This document shows positions 45,545 to 53,596 of a DNA stretch of 64,000 nt, piece by piece. Position 1 is the first letter of the stretch. Every line of letters begins with the position of its first letter. The position numbers and the translations under genes were made by a program. Source of the DNA: Thermoplasmata archaeon (GTDB taxonomy: Archaea; Thermoplasmatota; Thermoplasmata; Lutacidiplasmatales; UBA184); the NCBI GenBank assembly GCA_050011355.1, contig JBEKJG010000006.1, forward strand, positions 30,640-94,639, read 5' to 3'. Below the pieces are notes generated by a model. The model was not told the origin of the DNA. It saw only the letters and a list, made by a program, of their open reading frames with translations, and made no database searches.

Positions 45545-46408
45545 TTGACGGACGCGTCAGAAGAGCTCGAACGCAAGCGGGCGGAATCGAACGCTCGAGC
45601 GGATGAGCACCGGGCAAAGCGCGACAAGCTCAACGGCGAGGCGCGCACGATCGCCGACGAACGCGGCCGGATCCTCGACGAACTCCATGCGCGCAGCGCC
45701 GAAGCTCAGGAGCACCGCCGGCACCGCGACCAGTTGAACTCGGACGTCCGGGAGGCGAAACGCCTCCGGGAGGAGTGGAACCGGAAGCTCCAGGAGCTCG
45801 GCGACAAGGTCCAGGAGCTGAAGCGCCACCGGGCACCCCGACCCGGCGCCGTGCCGGTGTGGCGGCTCCGCAAGGACCTGAAGGAGCTCGAGTTCCGCCA
45901 CATGACGACCGCCCTCACGGGCGAACAGGAGAAACGGCTCATCGAGGAGATGAAGCGCCTCGAGGCCGCGATCCGCGAGCAGGACCAGGAGCTCCGGCAG
46001 GACCCCGAGGTCGAGGCGACGTTGAAGGCGTTCCAGGAGGCCCGGGACGAGGCGGAGAAGCACCACGCCGCGGTCGGGCAGCTGGCGGAGGACGCCCAGC
46101 TCGAGCACGAAGCGATGGTCGGGCTCTACGAGCTCGTGGACGAGCTCCGACGCCAGGCCGACGAGATCCAGACCAAGCTCATCACCGTCAAGACGGCCGC
46201 CGATGAGGAACATCGGGCCCACATCTCCTCCATCGAGGAGGTGCGGGACCTCGAGAAGATGCTCTACGCGGCCCGCGGAGGGCGCGCCCCGCCCAACTGG
46301 GCCGATGCGGAGCCCCCGCGGGAGGAGGACTTCCTCGCCCGCCTGAAGAAGGGCGAGAAGGTCTCGACCGAGGACCTGCTCGAGTTGCAGAAGAGCGGTC
46401 GGGCCTGA
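45545..46408 (+). CDS. Archaeal coiled-coil protein (COG1340-like)
   Basis: 287-aa ORF (TTG start), almost entirely heptad-like E/R/K/L-rich helices. No enzymatic motif seen. Confidence 0.6.
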   Translation: MTDASEELERKRAESNARADEHRAKRDKLNGEARTIADERGRILDELHARSAEAQEHRRHRDQLNSDVREAKRLREEWNRKLQELGDKVQELKRHRAPRPGAVPVWRLRKDLKELEFRHMTTALTGEQEKRLIEEMKRLEAAIREQDQELRQDPEVEATLKAFQEARDEAEKHHAAVGQLAEDAQLEHEAMVGLYELVDELRRQADEIQTKLITVKTAADEEHRAHISSIEEVRDLEKMLYAARGGRAPPNWADAEPPREEDFLARLKKGEKVSTEDLLELQKSGRA

Positions 46409-46448
46409 GCCCGCCCCCGGTCCGGCCCGACCGCCGTCCGCGACAAGG

Positions 46449-46454
46449 TAAATA
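46449..46454 (+). promoter_or_regulatory. TATA box (TAAATA) 28 nt upstream of the ATG at 46480
   Basis: Spacing matches the other promoters in this window. Confidence 0.4.
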
Positions 46455-46479
46455 CTCCCCTCGGTGGTCCCCGCCCCGG

Positions 46480-46881
46480 ATGCGCCAGGTAAAGATCGAC
46501 CAGGAAGAGCTTCGCCAGATCAAGGAGCTCTACGAAGGCGTGATGTCCCACGCCTGCCACGGCCTGTTCTTCAAGGAAGGTTCCGTCATCGCCGCCCCGA
46601 TGGCCGAGGAGGCGCTCAAGGACCGGGCGCACTACTTCGAGCGCGCGGCCCACCAGCTGAAGGAGCACGGGTGGGTCGAGGAGGTCACGTTCTCCGAGCG
46701 CGAGGTCATCGTGAAGGGGTCGATCGAGGTCTCCCCGAGCGATATCCCAACCTGCCACCGGCTCCGCGGCATGCTTCGCGAGTTCTACGAACGTTTTAAG
46801 GGGGGGCGCGTTAAATGCACGGAGGAGATGTGTGCATCGACCGGTCACCCCGAGTGCCGTTTCCGAATCGAGGAACTTTAG
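46480..46881 (+). CDS. V4R (4-vinyl reductase-like) domain protein
   Basis: 133-aa ORF of V4R size. Cys pattern: C56, C122, C133, C138, C146-like spacing (SHACHG...TCHRL...VKCTEEMCASTGHPECRF). The call is by general resemblance only. Confidence 0.5.
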   Translation: MRQVKIDQEELRQIKELYEGVMSHACHGLFFKEGSVIAAPMAEEALKDRAHYFERAAHQLKEHGWVEEVTFSEREVIVKGSIEVSPSDIPTCHRLRGMLREFYERFKGGRVKCTEEMCASTGHPECRFRIEEL

Positions 46882-46897
46882 GGGGCAGGTCGTTTAG

Positions 46898-47257
46898 ATG
46901 ATGGCAACCGGGAACGTCGGCACCGTGATCAAGGACCTCAAGACCCGCATCGGGGGCACCGCCACCGCCCTCGTCTCGCGGGATGGGCTGGTCCTCTTCG
47001 CGGACGTGCCGGCCGGCGTCTACACCGAGACGTTCGCCATCATGTGCGCCACCATCCTCGGCGCCGCCGCCACGGCCAACACGGAGCTCAACCGTGCGCC
47101 GCCCGAGCGGATCATCATCGAGGGGAACGATTCCAAGACGATCATCGTCGGGAGCGGCAAGAAGGCCCTCCTGGTCGCGGTCGTCGACAAGACCGCCGAC
47201 GTGAACAAGGTCCTCGAGGAGGTCGGCAAGGTCGCCGAGCTCCTCAAGGCGAACTAG
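46898..47257 (+). CDS. Roadblock/LC7 (MglB-like) domain protein
   Basis: GGTATALVSRDGLVLFADVP...TFAIMCATILGAAATANTELNRAPPERIIIEGNDSKTIIVGSGKKALLVAVVD is the typical Robl_LC7 pattern. Confidence 0.75.
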   Translation: MMATGNVGTVIKDLKTRIGGTATALVSRDGLVLFADVPAGVYTETFAIMCATILGAAATANTELNRAPPERIIIEGNDSKTIIVGSGKKALLVAVVDKTADVNKVLEEVGKVAELLKAN

Positions 47258-47284
47258 GCCGCGCGTCGCGCGGGCAGGGCCCGC

Positions 47285-48127
47285 TCACCCGGTGAGACCG
47301 GTGTTGTCGAGCATGCGCCCGTCGACGCGATGGCCGGCGCCCGTGGCGACCCGGAAGAAGTAGCCCGCCAGGGCCCCGCAGAGCCGCGCCCAGGCGATCA
47401 CCGTCCGTTGGCCCGAGAGCAGGCTGCGGAGCCGGTAGTTCCCCCACAGGTTGCCGTGCTTCTCGGTCAGCTGCTTGCGACCGTACCCATTCCAGAACGC
47501 CTGGATCAGGAACCGCAGGAACCGGGTCCGGATGTGATGGTAGACGATCGCCTCGGCGTCGTACTGGATCGAGACGCCGGCCTCGACCGCCCGCAGGTTC
47601 AGGTCGATGTCCTCGGCGGTCACGAAGCGGGCGTCGAACCCACCGAGCCGGAGGAACAGCTTGCGCGAGTACGCGAGGTTGCACGAGGGGTACGTGACGT
47701 CGCTCCCCTTCTGGAACAGCTCGACGCGCTCGAGCTGCCCGTACCTCGGCTTGCCCACCGTGACCGTCCGGCCCGCGACGACCGCGGAGGACCGGAGGTC
47801 GCCCCGCAGCCGGTGGAGCCACTGCGGTTCCGCGAAGCAGTCGCCGTCGATGAACGCGATGAACTCTCCCCGGGCCGCCCGGACCCCGATGTTCCGGCCG
47901 ATCCCGCGCGACCCCGGCCGTTCGATGATGGTCAGGAGGTCCGGGTGGACCGCGGAAAAGCGGTGGGCGATCTCGACCGTACGGTCGCGGCTCTCCGAAT
48001 CGACCAGGACGATCTCGAACGGGGGTTCCTGGACCCGGAGGCTCTCGAGCAGCTGCCCGAGATGCAGCTCCTCGTTGCGGGTGGTTATGACGACGGAGAT
48101 CAGCCCGGAGGCGGGGTCACTTCCCAA
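47285..48127 (-). CDS. Family 2 glycosyltransferase
   Basis: ISVVITTRNEELHLGQLLESL, EIVLVDSESRDRT, and DGD (FIDGDCF). Confidence 0.85.
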   Translation of the reverse strand: MGSDPASGLISVVITTRNEELHLGQLLESLRVQEPPFEIVLVDSESRDRTVEIAHRFSAVHPDLLTIIERPGSRGIGRNIGVRAARGEFIAFIDGDCFAEPQWLHRLRGDLRSSAVVAGRTVTVGKPRYGQLERVELFQKGSDVTYPSCNLAYSRKLFLRLGGFDARFVTAEDIDLNLRAVEAGVSIQYDAEAIVYHHIRTRFLRFLIQAFWNGYGRKQLTEKHGNLWGNYRLRSLLSGQRTVIAWARLCGALAGYFFRVATGAGHRVDGRMLDNTGLTG

Positions 48128-48359
48128 TGTCCATCACGACAACGTCCTTGACCGCGCGCATGCTCTTGAAAGGGAGCACGAGCCGTCCCGATGTGTCGCT
48201 CTGGAAGAGGCGCTGCTCGACGTCCTCGCTGGGCGTGACGAGGACGTGGGCGATCCCGCCGGTCAGCGTGTCGACGACGAAGTTGTCGATGAGGCCGAGG
48301 ATCTGGCCATCGTTCGTCATCACCGTTTTGCCGCGGAGCTCGGTCAGGAACCTGCGCAT
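48117..48359 (-). CDS. PRC-barrel domain protein
   Basis: 80 aa from ATG 48359: LRGKTVMTNDGQILGLIDNFVVDTLTGGIAHVLV. The rest of track ORF 48117..49064 is antisense read-through of rpl18e and rpl13. Confidence 0.65.
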   Translation of the reverse strand: MRRFLTELRGKTVMTNDGQILGLIDNFVVDTLTGGIAHVLVTPSEDVEQRLFQSDTSGRLVLPFKSMRAVKDVVVMDIGK

Positions 48360-48507
48360 GGAGGAAGGCCTCGGGCGAGGATGGCGGAGGGCAGTATTTA
48401 ATCGTTCACGGGGAGGGGCACGAGAGAGCGCCGGCGACCGGAGCACCCCGCGACGGCGACGCGCCGGCCCTCGCCCGGCGCCCGAAAAACCGGCCACAGG
48501 CCAATGC

Positions 48508-48513
48508 TTATAT
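48508..48513 (+). promoter_or_regulatory. TATA box (TTATAT) ~33 nt upstream of the rpl18e ATG at 48543
   Basis: Supports the 48543 start over the ORF start at 48504. Confidence 0.4.
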
Positions 48514-48542
48514 CGGGCACCCGGGTCGGAGGCGACCCGCTT

Positions 48543-48908
48543 ATGCCTCGTCCTCACGTCAAGGGAAATCCGGAATTGCTCCGGGTCGTGCGCGAGCTCC
48601 GGCTCGCGGCCCGCTCGCACGACGCCCCCCTCTGGGCCTCGGTCGCGGACCGCCTCGAGAGGGCCCGGCACCTGAACCCGGGGGTCAACGTGGGCCAGCT
48701 CGAGCGGATCGCCCAATCGGACGAGACCCTGGTGGTTCCCGGCAAGGTCCTCGCGGACGGAGAGCTCTCGAAGAAGCTGACCGTCGCGGCGTTCGCCTAC
48801 TCGGCCGAAGCGCGGACCAAGATCCACGCTGCGGGCGGGACCGCGCTCACCCTGGACGATCTTCTCCACGCGAAGCCGAACGGGTCGGGGGTGCGTCTGA
48901 TTGCCTGA
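48543..48908 (+). CDS. rpl18e: 50S ribosomal protein L18e (eL18)
   Basis: NPELLRVVRELRLAAR...VNVGQLERI...LVVPGKVLADGEL..KLTVAAFAYSAEARTKIHAAGG. Confidence 0.85.
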   Translation: MPRPHVKGNPELLRVVRELRLAARSHDAPLWASVADRLERARHLNPGVNVGQLERIAQSDETLVVPGKVLADGELSKKLTVAAFAYSAEARTKIHAAGGTALTLDDLLHAKPNGSGVRLIA

Positions 48909-49344
48909 ACCCGCGTCCGACTCCAAGGCGACGCTCGTGGACGCGTCCGGGCTCATCCTGGGACGGGCGGCCAGCGTCATTGCGAAGCGCCTCATGAACG
49001 GCGAGTCGATCGTGGTCGTCAACGCCGAGAAGGCGGTCGTCACCGGCTCCCGCACGCAGGTCATCGAGTTCTACACGGCGGCCCGCGCCCGCGGCTCCGT
49101 CCGCAGCGGTCCCCACTTCCCCCGGTATCCGGACCGCATCTTCCGGCGGACCGTCCGCGGGATGGTCCCCCACCTCAAGACGCGCGGCAAGGAGGCGATG
49201 GACCGCCTCGAGGTCCACATCGGCGTCCCCGAGCCGTTCCAGGGCCAGAAGGGGGAGACGCTCCCCGCCGCCACTCCGCGGCCCGCCCTGCGCCCGCCGC
49301 TCACGCTCGCCGAGGTCACCCGACTCCTGGGGGCCAAGGTATGA
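48901..49344 (+). CDS. rpl13: 50S ribosomal protein L13 (uL13)
   Basis: LVDASGLILGRAASVIAKRLMNGESIVVVNAEKAVVTG...RTVRGMVP. TTG start overlaps the end of rpl18e. Confidence 0.9.
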   Translation: MPEPASDSKATLVDASGLILGRAASVIAKRLMNGESIVVVNAEKAVVTGSRTQVIEFYTAARARGSVRSGPHFPRYPDRIFRRTVRGMVPHLKTRGKEAMDRLEVHIGVPEPFQGQKGETLPAATPRPALRPPLTLAEVTRLLGAKV

Positions 49345-49748
49345 AGGCCCCCCAGATCGTCCTCGCGACCGGCAAGAGAAAGGCCGCGGTCGCCCGCGCC
49401 ACCGTGCGCAAGGGGATCGGCAAGGTCCGGGTCAACGACCGCCCGCTCGAGCTGGTCGAACCCGAGATCGTGCGCCAGAAGATCCAGGAGCCCCTCCTCA
49501 TGGTCGGGGACCGCTCCAAGAACATCGACATCGCCGTCCAGGTCCGCGGAGGCGGCATCGTCGGCCAGGCGTCCGCCGCCCGCACCGCGGTGGCGCGGGG
49601 CCTCCTGCTCTGGCTCAAGGACGACAGCCTGCGCGACATGTTCCGACACTACGACCGCTCGCTGATCGTCAACGACCCCCGCCGGAAGCTGCCGAAGCGC
49701 CCGGGCGGCCGCGGCGCCACCCAGCGCCGACAGAAGTCGTACCGTTAG
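49341..49748 (+). CDS. rps9: 30S ribosomal protein S9 (uS9)
   Basis: GKRKAAVARATV..GKVRVN...VRGGGIVGQASAARTAVARGL...DPRRKLPKRPGGRGATQRRQKSYR. Confidence 0.9.
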   Translation: MKAPQIVLATGKRKAAVARATVRKGIGKVRVNDRPLELVEPEIVRQKIQEPLLMVGDRSKNIDIAVQVRGGGIVGQASAARTAVARGLLLWLKDDSLRDMFRHYDRSLIVNDPRRKLPKRPGGRGATQRRQKSYR

Positions 49749-49763
49749 GGAGGTCCTCGAACC

Positions 49764-49961
49764 ATGACGATGATGGTGCCGGTCCGCTGCTTCACCTGCG
49801 GGGCCGTCATCGGCCAGCACTGGGACGAGTACCGGGAGCGCACCGCCCGCGGGGAGAACGCGGGCGAGGTCCTGACCAGTCTCGGACTCCAACGCTACTG
49901 CTGCCGCCGCATGCTCCTCACCCACGTCGACCTCCTGGACGAGGTCGGCCCCTACGGGTAG
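49764..49961 (+). CDS. rpoN: DNA-directed RNA polymerase subunit N (Rpo10)
   Basis: VPVRCFTCGAVIG...LGLQRYCCRRMLLTHVDL. Confidence 0.9.
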   Translation: MTMMVPVRCFTCGAVIGQHWDEYRERTARGENAGEVLTSLGLQRYCCRRMLLTHVDLLDEVGPYG

Positions 49962-50012
49962 GTCGACCCCGAACCGCCGCGACCGGCGAGTTCCCAGCAG
50001 ACCGAACGGTCC

Positions 50013-50033
50013 CGCCGCGGATGTTCCGCGGCG
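50013..50033. terminator. GC hairpin (9-bp stem, 3-nt loop) between convergent genes
   Basis: cgccgcgga-tgt-tccgcggcg, verified as perfectly complementary. It lies between the rpoN stop and the stop of the giant minus-strand gene. Confidence 0.4.
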
Positions 50034-50058
50034 CCACTCACGCGGAGATCGGCATAGT

Positions 50059-50077
50059 AAAAGAGGGAAAGGAAAAA
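50059..50077 (-). terminator. Oligo-T tracts on the minus strand just downstream of the giant surface-protein gene
   Basis: The plus strand reads aaaagagggaaaggaaaaag, giving T4 and T5 runs on the minus strand 27-45 nt after the stop at 50104. Oligo-T is the usual archaeal termination signal. Confidence 0.45.
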
Positions 50078-50103
50078 GTTCTCCCGGAAGGGAACGGACG
50101 AGC

Positions 50104-53100
50104 CTACTTGTCGTCGTCCTCGTCTTCGTCGTCCTCGTCCTTGTCCTTCGCCTTCTGGTCCTTGGCGGACCGGCTGCCGGAGGTCTTGGACGGCGCGCTC
50201 TTGCTCTTCGAGCGGCGGAACAGCAGGTAGACGATCGCCGCGATGACGATGATGACCACCGCCGCGATCGCGAGGTCGGTCAGCAGCGTCGTGGTCGGGT
50301 TGGGGTTCACGGTGATCGACTGCGTGACCGTCTGCGGCCCGTTGATGTAGTCCCCCGCGTACTCGTTCTGCGCCGAGATGTTGGCGTAGAGCACGAAGTT
50401 GCCGGTCGTGCCCGGCGACCACTGGATCTCGGCCCGTACGGTCTTGTTGTAGTCCAGCGTCGGGAGCACTCCGGTCGCGAGCGGGGTCGAGTTGACGACG
50501 CCGCCCGAGTAGGAGTAGAACACCACGGAACCGGGCGACCCGCCGACGGTGTTCTGGCTGCCGGTACCGGTCGGCGACAGGGTGTAGAACCGGACGGTCA
50601 CGTTCTTCGCGACCGCCAGGCTACCACCGCCGACCGTGACGTTGACCCAGATCGTCTCGGAGGTCCCGACCGTGTAGGTCGTGGGGGCCGTCAGGTTGTT
50701 CGCCGCCATGATGGGGCGGTAGGTGGTGTTCGGGGAGACCGTCAATGTCTGGTTGGTGAACGCCCGGTTCCCGTTGAGGTCCCAGACCGTGAGGTTGACC
50801 ACGTACGGCTTCAACTGGGGGTTCAGCCAGGTCGACGGGAGCGAACCGTTCGGCTTGACGGCGGTGTAGTTGGCCCCGATGTGGACGGTCGAGTTGGACG
50901 GGTTCGTGACCAGCCAGTAGTACTTGACGATCGAACCGTTGTGCGGGTCGCTCGCGTTCGCGCCGTTGAGGACGACCTTGACCGAGTCGTTCAGGCCGAC
51001 CTGGAGACCGCTGCCCGAGATCGGCTTGCCCGCCGCGTTCTGCAGCACGAAGGCCGGGGTCGGCTTCTCCGTGTCGTTCACGAGGACGTTGAACGTCGTG
51101 GTGGCGGACTGGCCCGTCCCGGACCAGACGGTGAGGCTGACGTTGTACTCCCAACCGGTGAGGGTGACGGGGCTGCCTCCGACCATCGCGGTCTTGGTGT
51201 AGTAGTTGCCCGCGCCGAGGAACGACGGGGTCCAGTTGCCGGGGACCGGCACGGCGCCCTGACTGGCGGTGAAGTTCTTCGTCTGCTTGTACCCCTTCGC
51301 GGTGATCGTCCACGAGGCGACCGAGATCACGTTGGGGACCGGGGCGGTCGGGGAGATCGTCGCGGTGCTACCGGTCGCGTTGACATTGATCGCGGTCGAC
51401 CAGTTGATGAGGGCGTACGGCGCCGGCGTCGTGAACGACCGGGTCCAGTTGCCCGTGATCTTGGCGGTGACCCCGCCCGAACCGGCGACCCAGACGCGGA
51501 AGATGGTGCTGTTGACCTGGCCACCCGAGCTCGTGATGTTCACGGTCCCGATGTAGGGCGTGCTTCCGCTCACCGTCGTGTAGGTGTGGTTGGAGGTCGG
51601 CGTGGTCTTCGTTACGGGGGAGCTGCCGTCCCCGAAGTTCCAGACGAACTTGGTCCCGTTGGTCCCTGCGGGGTACGTGGAGTTCAGCGTGCTGAACGTC
51701 ACGTTCTGGCCGACCCCGACGATGACGGTGTAGTTCCCGTGCGTGGAGTTCAGGACGTTGGACGAGGAGAACGCGAAGTTCTTGACCGAGGCCGAGACGT
51801 TCGCCTCCAGGTTCGCCGACTTCACGATCTGGAAAGTCGCGCTGCCGGACGCGGTGTTCGAGGGGAGCGACGAGAGGGTGAAGCTCGTCCAGGTGTGGTC
51901 GGGCCCGTTCGGGGTCAGCGTGCTGCGCGCCGGGGCCGAGGTGCCCGCTGCGAGGACGTACCCGCTGGGGAGAACGAAGCTGTAGTTGTAGACGTCCGCC
52001 GCGGTGGCCGGGTGGGCGAAGCCGAACGAGACGGAGTAGGAGCTCGCGTTCTTCGGGAGCGTGCCGTTGACCGCATACACGGAGTGCCACCCGTACGAGA
52101 TCCCGCCGCCGGTCGAAGGTCCGCAGGTCCCCGAGCAGGTGGAGGTGTAGTTGGCGATCGCCGGCGTGACCGTCGGGTTGAGCAGGGTGGTCCCGTTGAT
52201 CGCGAAGCCGGCCTGGGTCGCGGGGAAGGTCGGCCCGCTCGACGCGAGCCAGGCTCCCACGGCCGCGTTGTTGGCGGACGAATAGTTGATCGAACCGCCC
52301 CAGTCGAGGCCGAGCTGGGCCCAGATCTGGCTGACGGACGCGTTCGGCAACCCGGCGATGACCGAGTTGTTGCCGAGGTTCGCCGTCGAGATGACCGAGA
52401 CGTTGCCGGTGCCCGCGAGGGTGTTCACGGCGGTCAGGTTGATCGTTGTGCTGTAGACCCCGAGCTGGCTCGGCGCGACCGGGCTGACGTACACGTCGTG
52501 CCGGACCGATCCGGACGCCGCGAGGTAGTACCAGGTGGTGGTGTACCCGGACTCGGCCAGGATCACGTCAAACGTCTGGGTCCCGCTCGAGAAGCCGGCG
52601 GGGTAGGTGCCGATGGAGTAGTACCCTCCCGCGGTCCCGGCGGAGTAGATGTAGTGGTTCGTGGGGTCGACGAGGGTCACGTTGCCGGCGTTGGGCACGG
52701 GGTTGCCGGACGACGCGATCTTGACCCGCCCGTCCACGACGAAGCTGTTGAGCTTCGGGTTCACGGCGCCCGGGTTGCGCGAGGCGATCGTGACCTGCGT
52801 GAAGTTGTACGTGGTGGGGTACCCGTTGAACGTCGTCTGGAGCACCCACGTTCCGAACGGCGCCTTGATCGAATAGCTCCCGTTCACGTTCGTGGTGTTG
52901 TTGACGAGCGTGACGCCGTTGTAGTTCGCGGCGAGCAGGGAGACCGTGGCGCCCTGCTCCGGGTTGCCGGAGGAGGTCACGTTCCCCTTCAGGGTCGCGT
53001 TGTAGGGAAGGATCGCCACGTTCGGGATGACGATCGAGTAGCTCTGGGTGGTGAGCTGGCTCGCGCTCTGGTAGTAGTACGTGGGGGTCGTGTTCTGGGG

Positions 53101-53478
53101 GAGGACCGCGCAGCTGAACGGAGCGCATGCCCGGAGCGTCAGGTTCGTCTGGTCGGGGACGTATACGCCCCAGTAGCCGGGCTGCAGGGCCGAGCAGGCG
53201 TTGGAACCGGAGCTGTTGAACTTGAACTGGCCGCCGGAGAGCGTGCCAGTGCCGGTGACGGTCGTGGTGCAGATCGCACCCGTCGCCTTGGACACCAGGT
53301 CGACCTGCACACCGAGGGGCACCGGGGCCCCGCTGGGCGTCTGCGCGATCCCAGTCAGCGTGTACGTCGGCGACGAGGCGGCCGCGACCCCCACGAACGC
53401 GCCCAGCAGGCTCGCCAGGACCACGATCGCGAGGACCCACAAGGCGGCATGGGACCCAAACCGGACCAACTGCTTCAC
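50104..53478 (-). CDS. Giant (1124-aa) surface glycoprotein with a PKD domain, Ig-like repeats and a C-terminal TM anchor
   Basis: Start set at GTG 53478 (VKQLVRFGSHAALWVLAIVVLASLLGAFVGVAAA). A TATA-like element at 53536..53540 and the cdc48 3' end occupy the upstream part of ORF 50104..53808. PKD signature FVWNFGDGSSPVTKTTPTSNHTY. Very many N-x-S/T sequons. TM LAIAAVVIIVIAAIVYLLF followed by a basic then poly-acidic tail. Confidence 0.8.
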   Translation of the reverse strand: MKQLVRFGSHAALWVLAIVVLASLLGAFVGVAAASSPTYTLTGIAQTPSGAPVPLGVQVDLVSKATGAICTTTVTGTGTLSGGQFKFNSSGSNACSALQPGYWGVYVPDQTNLTLRACAPFSCAVLPQNTTPTYYYQSASQLTTQSYSIVIPNVAILPYNATLKGNVTSSGNPEQGATVSLLAANYNGVTLVNNTTNVNGSYSIKAPFGTWVLQTTFNGYPTTYNFTQVTIASRNPGAVNPKLNSFVVDGRVKIASSGNPVPNAGNVTLVDPTNHYIYSAGTAGGYYSIGTYPAGFSSGTQTFDVILAESGYTTTWYYLAASGSVRHDVYVSPVAPSQLGVYSTTINLTAVNTLAGTGNVSVISTANLGNNSVIAGLPNASVSQIWAQLGLDWGGSINYSSANNAAVGAWLASSGPTFPATQAGFAINGTTLLNPTVTPAIANYTSTCSGTCGPSTGGGISYGWHSVYAVNGTLPKNASSYSVSFGFAHPATAADVYNYSFVLPSGYVLAAGTSAPARSTLTPNGPDHTWTSFTLSSLPSNTASGSATFQIVKSANLEANVSASVKNFAFSSSNVLNSTHGNYTVIVGVGQNVTFSTLNSTYPAGTNGTKFVWNFGDGSSPVTKTTPTSNHTYTTVSGSTPYIGTVNITSSGGQVNSTIFRVWVAGSGGVTAKITGNWTRSFTTPAPYALINWSTAINVNATGSTATISPTAPVPNVISVASWTITAKGYKQTKNFTASQGAVPVPGNWTPSFLGAGNYYTKTAMVGGSPVTLTGWEYNVSLTVWSGTGQSATTTFNVLVNDTEKPTPAFVLQNAAGKPISGSGLQVGLNDSVKVVLNGANASDPHNGSIVKYYWLVTNPSNSTVHIGANYTAVKPNGSLPSTWLNPQLKPYVVNLTVWDLNGNRAFTNQTLTVSPNTTYRPIMAANNLTAPTTYTVGTSETIWVNVTVGGGSLAVAKNVTVRFYTLSPTGTGSQNTVGGSPGSVVFYSYSGGVVNSTPLATGVLPTLDYNKTVRAEIQWSPGTTGNFVLYANISAQNEYAGDYINGPQTVTQSITVNPNPTTTLLTDLAIAAVVIIVIAAIVYLLFRRSKSKSAPSKTSGSRSAKDQKAKDKDEDDEDEDDDK

Positions 53479-53535
53479 GTCTCCCGTTTTTCGCCTCCGT
53501 AGGGGGAGGCGGCGCGGCGAACTTGGCCCTGCTAC

Positions 53536-53540
53536 ATATA
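53536..53540 (-). promoter_or_regulatory. TATA-like element (CTATATG on the minus strand) upstream of the giant surface-protein gene
   Basis: Lies ~58 nt upstream of GTG 53478. GGAGG and GGGAGA lie between them on the minus strand. Confidence 0.35.
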
Positions 53541-53596
53541 GCTTGCTTGACGCGTTCGGAAGCCGGCGGCCCGAGGGCGGGTCGGCACGGGCCGTA

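Noticed and set aside
50107-50150. Short-period repeat gtcgtcgtcctcgtcttcgtcgtcctcgtcc
   Set aside because: It encodes the poly-acidic C-terminal tail (DEDDEDEDDDK) of the giant surface protein. It is coding low complexity, not a tandem-repeat element.
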